Positions 58,877-64,000 of a DNA stretch of 64,000 nt are shown here, in pieces. The DNA is from Deltaproteobacteria bacterium RIFOXYD12_FULL_56_24. Lineage in GTDB: Bacteria; Desulfobacterota; Desulfobulbia; Desulfobulbales; Desulfurivibrionaceae. A model generated the notes under the pieces. It was not told the DNA's origin. It was given only the letters and a program-made list of their open reading frames with translations, and made no database searches. The stretch is from assembly GCA_001799285.1 (NCBI GenBank), contig MGTD01000008.1, forward strand, positions 3,699 to 67,698, in the 5' to 3' direction. Within the stretch, counting starts at the first letter, position 1. Each line of letters begins with the position of its first letter. A program made the translations under genes and the position numbers.

Positions 58877-60430
58877 TTAATGCACCGAGCAAGCGATACA
58901 AGGATCGGTGGAGCGGACGATGCGGGCCAGTTCCAGTGGGTTGGCCGGATCAGCGATCCGGGTGCCGATCAGCATCTTTTCCACCGCTCCCGGCTGCCCG
59001 GAGGAATCGCGAGGGCCCATATTCCAGGTGGTGGGCATCACCATTTCATAGTTTTTGATCAAGCCCTTATTGTCGATTTCCACCCAGTGCCCGAGGGCGC
59101 CGCGCGAAGCTTCAGTGATTCCGATTCCCCGCACGTTTCTGGGCACTTCCTTTTCTATAAAACCGAGAACCCCCGGTCGGACCTGCTCAAGATGTTCCTT
59201 GAGCCGCCCGATCAACAATGTAACCGTAATATACCGGCTTAAATGGCGGCCCAGCACCGAATTGTAGTCTGTAAGTGCGATGCCGAGATCCCGATTGAGT
59301 CGGTCCACCAGCTTATTTAAGGCCGGATTGCGACCGGAGTGATAAGTGTTTACCACCCGGGCCGCCGCCCCGGTTTCCATGACCTTGCCCCCATAGCGGG
59401 GGGCGCGGCTCCAGCTGTATTTGCCGTCCGGTCGCTGTTCCTCTCGCTGGAACTGTTTCCAGTCGAGGGGCTCGAGCCGGCTTGCCCCCAAGGGTTTGAT
59501 CCCTGCCCCAGGCTTGTTTTGGTAGTAGCTGTAGGTGTGATCCTCGGTAATGGCATTGAGGTCGAGGGGTGAGCGTTTCCCCTCAATGGTCGCGCCGCCG
59601 GCAAAGAAATGGTTCTTGCCGGATGAGTCTGGGAAATAGGGAAACGAGAGAAAATTGCCGTAGCCGCGCCCTTCCTGGAAATAGCCTGGAAAACCCTTGC
59701 TCACCGCCAAAATGTCTTCCCGATAGCAGGTGTGGACAAATCGCTCGACCCGATTGAGCAAGGTGCGGTATTTGGCAAGATTGTCGATGGTCGGCCGGGT
59801 CGTGACCCCGCCGGCCTCAATGGCCACGGGGTGGGGCGATTTGCCTCCGAACAGGGCCACCATTTTGTGCAGGTCGGCCATTATGGCAAATGATTCCAGA
59901 TAATTGCGCACCGCCGATAGGTTGGCGGTTGTATCCTTGAGGAAATCTCCCTGATAACGGGGGAGAAAGGGGGCTGCGGGAAAAATCCGTTGGGAGCGGG
60001 TTTCGCTGCGCACCCAATCGCGCATCGTGGTTAAGCCGGGATCCGCACCCCGGTACTTCAGCACCGCGGTTACGTCGATGAAATCCAGGGCGCTCAACTG
60101 GTAAAAATGCAGCAGGCAATCCTGCACCTGATACGCGCCGACAATGAGGTTGCGAAGCAGTTGCCCGTTGGCATTGAGATGGATGCCCATGGCGTTTTCC
60201 AGGGCCAGGGCCGCCGCTTCCGCGTGGGCATACGGACATACCCCGCAGACCCGCTGGGTCAACTGCAAGGCGGTGCGGGGATCATAGCCGATAAGTGCCT
60301 TTTCGATGCCGCGAAAGAGCATGCCCGAAGTCCGGGCCGAGGCAACCACTCCGTTTTCGACCCGGGTTTCGAACTTGAGATGCCCTTCTACCCTGGTCAG
60401 GGGATCAATGGTTATTTTGGTTGTGGTCAT
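58877..60430 (-). CDS. [NiFe]-hydrogenase large subunit ending at the L2 histidine
   Basis: IDPLTRVEGH, L1 QRVCGVCPYAH, L2 DPCIACSVH followed directly by TAA. Confidence 0.95.
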   Translation of the reverse strand: MTTTKITIDPLTRVEGHLKFETRVENGVVASARTSGMLFRGIEKALIGYDPRTALQLTQRVCGVCPYAHAEAAALALENAMGIHLNANGQLLRNLIVGAYQVQDCLLHFYQLSALDFIDVTAVLKYRGADPGLTTMRDWVRSETRSQRIFPAAPFLPRYQGDFLKDTTANLSAVRNYLESFAIMADLHKMVALFGGKSPHPVAIEAGGVTTRPTIDNLAKYRTLLNRVERFVHTCYREDILAVSKGFPGYFQEGRGYGNFLSFPYFPDSSGKNHFFAGGATIEGKRSPLDLNAITEDHTYSYYQNKPGAGIKPLGASRLEPLDWKQFQREEQRPDGKYSWSRAPRYGGKVMETGAAARVVNTYHSGRNPALNKLVDRLNRDLGIALTDYNSVLGRHLSRYITVTLLIGRLKEHLEQVRPGVLGFIEKEVPRNVRGIGITEASRGALGHWVEIDNKGLIKNYEMVMPTTWNMGPRDSSGQPGAVEKMLIGTRIADPANPLELARIVRSTDPCIACSVH

Positions 60431-60476
60431 GGCGCGGCTTCTTGCTGAATTTTACCTGGTTGCTCCCACGTCCCGG

Positions 60477-61400
60477 TCAACACGGGATCTCCTCGCCTGC
60501 TTCCACCCGATTACGTCCTTTTCCCTTGGCCCGGTAAAGCGCATCGTCCGCCCGCCTGAGCAGGGCTTCCTCGTCGTCCGCAGGACGAAAGGCGGCAACC
60601 CCGAAACTGGCGGTTATCCGGCCTATAACCGGGAATCTGGCCTCTTCTACACAGGCGCGCAACTGTTCGGCCAGAAACATGCCCCCGTTTGCATCGGTTT
60701 CGGGACAGAGGAGCATAAATTCCTCTCCGCCCCAGCGCCCAACCACATCAGTGGCCCGGCTGTGCTGCCGCAGAAGGGCGGCGGTTGCCGCCAGCACCTC
60801 GTCGCCAGCCTGATGGCCATAGGTGTCGTTTACTGCCTTGAAATGATCAATATCCAGCATGACCAAGGCAAAAGCGGTACCGTTACGCCGGGATCTTGCC
60901 AATTCGTCGGCCAGCCGTTCGTCCAGTTTGTTGCGGTTGCCGAGCCCGGTAAGGCGATCGGTCACCGAGAGCAATTCCAGCTCGCGGCTCTTTAGAGCCA
61001 GCTGGGCATGGGCTTCGGCCAGGGAATTCTGAATCTGCTTTATGGACGAGATGTCCACCACCACGGAGTATTTAACGATCTTGCCATCCGACCAAAAGAT
61101 GACCTGCTCATGATGCTGATACCAGCACTCGTCCACGTCGTTGTAATGTTCGTGGACAATAACTTCGCCGGTTGGCTGCCCCTCACCGGTGATCAGGAGC
61201 TTGAGCTTGCAATGGGGACAGGGGCCCTCACCCTGGTGGAGCAACTCCCAGCAACGGGCATCGGTGTAATCGCCGGTAACGCCGTAGCGCTCGGCCATAA
61301 AGGGGTTGAGATAAACCAGACGATAGCTGGTCGCATCCACCGCGTAGATTCCGAAAGGTAAATTGTCGACAAGGACTAGGGGCAGTTGTGGCTGAATCAT
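60477..61400 (-). CDS. PAS-like + GGDEF diguanylate cyclase
   Basis: TDRLTGLGNR, MLDIDHFKAVNDTYGHQAGD, RWGGEEF, LYRAKGKGRNR. Confidence 0.93.
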   Translation of the reverse strand: MIQPQLPLVLVDNLPFGIYAVDATSYRLVYLNPFMAERYGVTGDYTDARCWELLHQGEGPCPHCKLKLLITGEGQPTGEVIVHEHYNDVDECWYQHHEQVIFWSDGKIVKYSVVVDISSIKQIQNSLAEAHAQLALKSRELELLSVTDRLTGLGNRNKLDERLADELARSRRNGTAFALVMLDIDHFKAVNDTYGHQAGDEVLAATAALLRQHSRATDVVGRWGGEEFMLLCPETDANGGMFLAEQLRACVEEARFPVIGRITASFGVAAFRPADDEEALLRRADDALYRAKGKGRNRVEAGEEIPC

Positions 61401-61638
61401 GGGCTGGTTTCCAGTGGCTCTTCGTCATGATTACGCTCCCGCCTATCACGCCGCGCCTCTCTTTTTGTTGCGTCGAAGTTCCGGTGAGGCACTACCCCCG
61501 GTGCATCATTGGGCAATAGTACCAGATTTTGGAGTGAAAGAAAGCAAGGTTTTAATCAGTCGAAAAATGAGGCAGACTTAGCTACCGGGCCAAGTCCTCA
61601 TTTTGCCTCCTCAAAGAACGTAATCTTCTGCCGCAACG

Positions 61639-61764
61639 CTACCGCAGGCGCGGCTGGTACATGCGGATCGGCAGCACCGAGGCGTAGCGTTTGAAATCCT
61701 GGTTCGTGGTGAAAATGGGCAGCTGGTGGCGATGCGCCACGAGATTGTATCCGGCAAGAACTGC
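61639..61764 (-). pseudogene. 3' remnant of a PIN-domain (VapC-like) gene
   Basis: Minus strand VAHRHQLPIFTTNQDFKRYASVLPIRMY resembles PIN C-termini (xxTxDxDF); in-frame stop at 61765-61767 upstream and no start codon. Confidence 0.5.
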
Positions 61765-62074
61765 TCAATGAAGGGGGAAATTTTATGGGCAGATTACTGG
61801 GTTGAAGTTCAAGCGGGGAAGGGTGGGGGGCAAAATTAATCATGGATGTCCTGAATGGCACTTTTCTAACAACTTTTTGCTTGTCAATCCCTATCCTGTT
61901 GTTTAAGCTGGGATCCTCGCTGTTCAGATGAATGCCACCAGGGGGAAAGGCATGCCGGGACCGAGTATCGCTAACAGCCGTCAACAATCAGGAAATCGCA
62001 AGCCGCTTCGGGAGATGATCCGCCTGGGAGCGGCTTTTTTTGTGCGTCGGTCTGATTGCGTCAGGTGAATTTAC

Positions 62075-62096
62075 GCATAGTACGCAACAACGTCCC
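62075..62096 (+). repeat. Left direct repeat of the Y1 transposase region
   Basis: GCATAGTACGCAACAACGTCCC, 19/22 identical to 63049-63070. Confidence 0.75.
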
Positions 62097-62107
62097 GGAG
62101 CCCCTAT

Positions 62108-63043
62108 ATGGTCCGGGGAATCAACCGGGCCGAGATCTTTTGCGATGACGACGATCGCCGCCGGTTCTTGAAAAGGCTCGGCGAATTGATCGTTGCCTCC
62201 AAGATTCAGGTGTTCGCCTTCGCCTTGATGACCAATCACCTCCACATCCTTTACAAAAGCGGAGAAGGCGGAATTTCCTCCGTGATGCGCAAGCTGCTGA
62301 CCTCGTATGCCATTTACTTCAACCGCCGTCATAATCGGAGCGGTCATTTGTTCGAGAACCGCTATAAATCAATCCTCTGCGAGGAAGAACGATATCTGCT
62401 CGAACTCGTGCGCTATATCCATCTCAACCCTGTCCGCGCCGGGCTGGCGGCGACCTTGGGTGAACTTGACAGCTATCCGTGGTGCGGCCATGCGGCGTTG
62501 ATGGGGAAGCACCCCATGGAGTGGATGAGTACCGAATACGTACTGGCCCATTTCGGGACCACCCTTGCCGCCGGTCGCAAGAAATACCGCGCTTTTGTGG
62601 CGGATGGATTGGAGCAGGGCAAGAGACCGGAGTTGACCGGGGGCGGATTGGTGCGCAGCCAGGGAGGCTGGTCGCAAGTGCTTGGGCTGCGGCAAAGTGG
62701 CGAGCAGGTGTGTTCGGATGAGCGGATTCTCGGCGGGGGCGATTTTGTCGAAGACTTGTTGCGGGAGGCGGAAGAGAGTGAACTGCGGCAACTGCGCATC
62801 AGGCGATCCGGCAAGACCATGGTCGAGATCATCGAGGAAGAATGCCGGAATCGGTCGGTGAGCGGCAAGGAACTTCGATCCGGCAGCCGACGCAGGGTGG
62901 TAAGCGAAGCGAGGGCGGCAATAGCGTTCCGCGCCATCGAGGAACTGGGTCTGGCAACGGCTGAAATCGCCCGGGCTCTCGGGGTGGCAACTTCCTCCAT
63001 CAGCCGGGCGATAACCAGAGGGGCTGGGTTGCGTCAAAGCTAA
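62108..63043 (+). mobile_element. Y1/HUH (IS200-like, RAYT-type) transposase with C-terminal HTH; N-terminus possibly truncated
   Basis: MVRGINRAEIF, FALMTNHLHIL (HUH), YFNRRHNRSGHLFENRY, YIHLNPVRAG. Confidence 0.85.
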
Positions 63044-63048
63044 CTTTT

Positions 63049-63070
63049 GCATACTATGCAACAATGTCCC
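63049..63070 (+). repeat. Right direct repeat of the Y1 transposase region
   Basis: GCATACTATGCAACAATGTCCC, 6 nt after the stop codon. Confidence 0.75.
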
Positions 63071-63264
63071 CCTCCGACAGCAGGGCAGAGCGAAAAAGCT
63101 GATTTTCTAGACCTGACCGTTCGCTGTTGCAAAACGGGTTTTTCTACAGACTCGTTGGCCGTTTGATAGCAAAAAAAGTGCACGGGGGGATAAAGATGGC
63201 GAATCAGTTAATGAGCACCCAGTTCCGGCGGATCACAAAAAGCCGTGCCCATGAAGGTCAGGCG

Positions 63265-63732
63265 ATGTGCGCTCGGATGATTATTTCTTTTTTGTTTTGT
63301 GCGCTGATCTCGCAGACCGGATGCGTATTCCTTCCGATCCCTACTCAAGAGCGGAAGGTGCTGGCTGGGAACCCGGTAACAGAGGATCAATTGATTTTCC
63401 TTGCCCCCAACGTTACAACGAAGAGTGAGGTCATGGTCCGCTTGGGCAGCCCGGACGTCATCTGGGAAGAAGCTCACCTGTTTGCATACAACTGGGAGAT
63501 GCGACAAGGCATTCTACTTTGGGCTGTCGGTGCCTATTATTCCGGCGCCGCAGGCATGTCGGACATTCCAAAGCATTACATGCTGCTCATTCAATTCGAT
63601 GACCAGGACCGGGTGCAGCGTTTCGAGAGAGCGGTTCGGCCCCCGTACAAGTCCTATGGAGATTTCCTCAAAGAATGGATTGGTGATTCTTATAAGAAGT
63701 CATCCGAAAGATTGAACCAAAGACAGGATTGA
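63265..63732 (+). CDS. Probable lipoprotein (SmpA/BamE-like core)
   Basis: Hydrophobic signal ending QTGC; TTKSEVMVRLGSPD and LLIQFDDQDRV patterns. Confidence 0.6.
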   Translation: MCARMIISFLFCALISQTGCVFLPIPTQERKVLAGNPVTEDQLIFLAPNVTTKSEVMVRLGSPDVIWEEAHLFAYNWEMRQGILLWAVGAYYSGAAGMSDIPKHYMLLIQFDDQDRVQRFERAVRPPYKSYGDFLKEWIGDSYKKSSERLNQRQD

Positions 63733-63738
63733 CCGCCG

Positions 63739-64000
63739 ATGAAACAACCTCTCAGGACACAAAGCCGAGAACGGGTTGCCGGGCAAAGAAGGGGTCTCGG
63801 CATCTTGAGACTCTTGATCGTCTGTGTATTCGTCAGCTATATTATCGGATGTGCCTCCACCGGTTTGCCGACTTTGAAGGAAAGAACAGCAGTCGGTGCT
63901 AGTGAGAAGGCAATCGTGCTGTTGAGGGTGGATTGTGTCGTAGAGAACCAACAGCCTTATGAAGCGTTCAAGCATTCCGTCATGGACGACAATATCAGTT
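63739..64000 (+). CDS. Probable lipoprotein (5' part, runs off window edge)
   Basis: Manual translation MKQPLRTQSRERVAGQRRGLGILRLLIVCVFVSYIIGCASTG.., lipobox IIGC, open to window end. Confidence 0.55.
   Translation, partial: MKQPLRTQSRERVAGQRRGLGILRLLIVCVFVSYIIGCASTGLPTLKERTAVGASEKAIVLLRVDCVVENQQPYEAFKHSVMDDNIS

Noticed and set aside
58877-58910. Hydrogenase as a [NiFeSe] enzyme or with read-through of its stop
   Set aside because: L2 is encoded with Cys codons (DPCIAC) and the stop is TAA, not TGA.
61598-61987. 129-aa minus-strand ORF
   Set aside because: No motif or RBS; a different frame in the same DNA gives the PIN-like remnant.
63127-63264. Extended N-terminus of the 63127-63732 ORF
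   Set aside because: The lipoprotein signal only makes sense from a later Met (63265 or the next), so the upstream part is probably non-coding.

Overview
A 64 kb chromosomal window from an anaerobic Desulfobacterota, probably Desulfobulbales-like (inferred from gene content). The left part is mostly housekeeping: tolQR, hom-apgM-thioesterase, tRNA-fMet, htrA, pepA, dxs-ispA-xseB, xerC and an NSS transporter with a small partner ORF. Next come a lipoprotein decaheme MtrC/OmcA cytochrome with a collagen-like stalk, preceded by a sigma54 promoter, a convergent sensor kinase/NtrC-family pair, and a PilB fused to a cNMP-binding domain. A Wood-Ljungdahl cluster follows (folD, cooS, a metF-acsD fusion, acsB, acsC), then four in-frame UGA/selenocysteine genes that the ORF track splits (two Fdh alpha subunits, HdrA, MvhD) with AsrA/AsrB-like genes. 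The most striking locus is a tightly coupled minus-strand operon at 54661-61400: diguanylate cyclase, [NiFe]-hydrogenase large subunit with no C-terminal extension, Tat-signal small subunit, diheme membrane HPt/HATPase kinase, CheX and CheY-like regulator. I infer this is a candidate periplasmic H2-sensing system distinct from the known cytoplasmic sensory hydrogenases. Intergenic DNA carries several dispersed palindromic miniature repeat families, including one nested insertion whose empty site is also in the window. A Y1/RAYT-type transposase flanked by direct repeats lies near the right end. No CRISPR array or rRNA is present.
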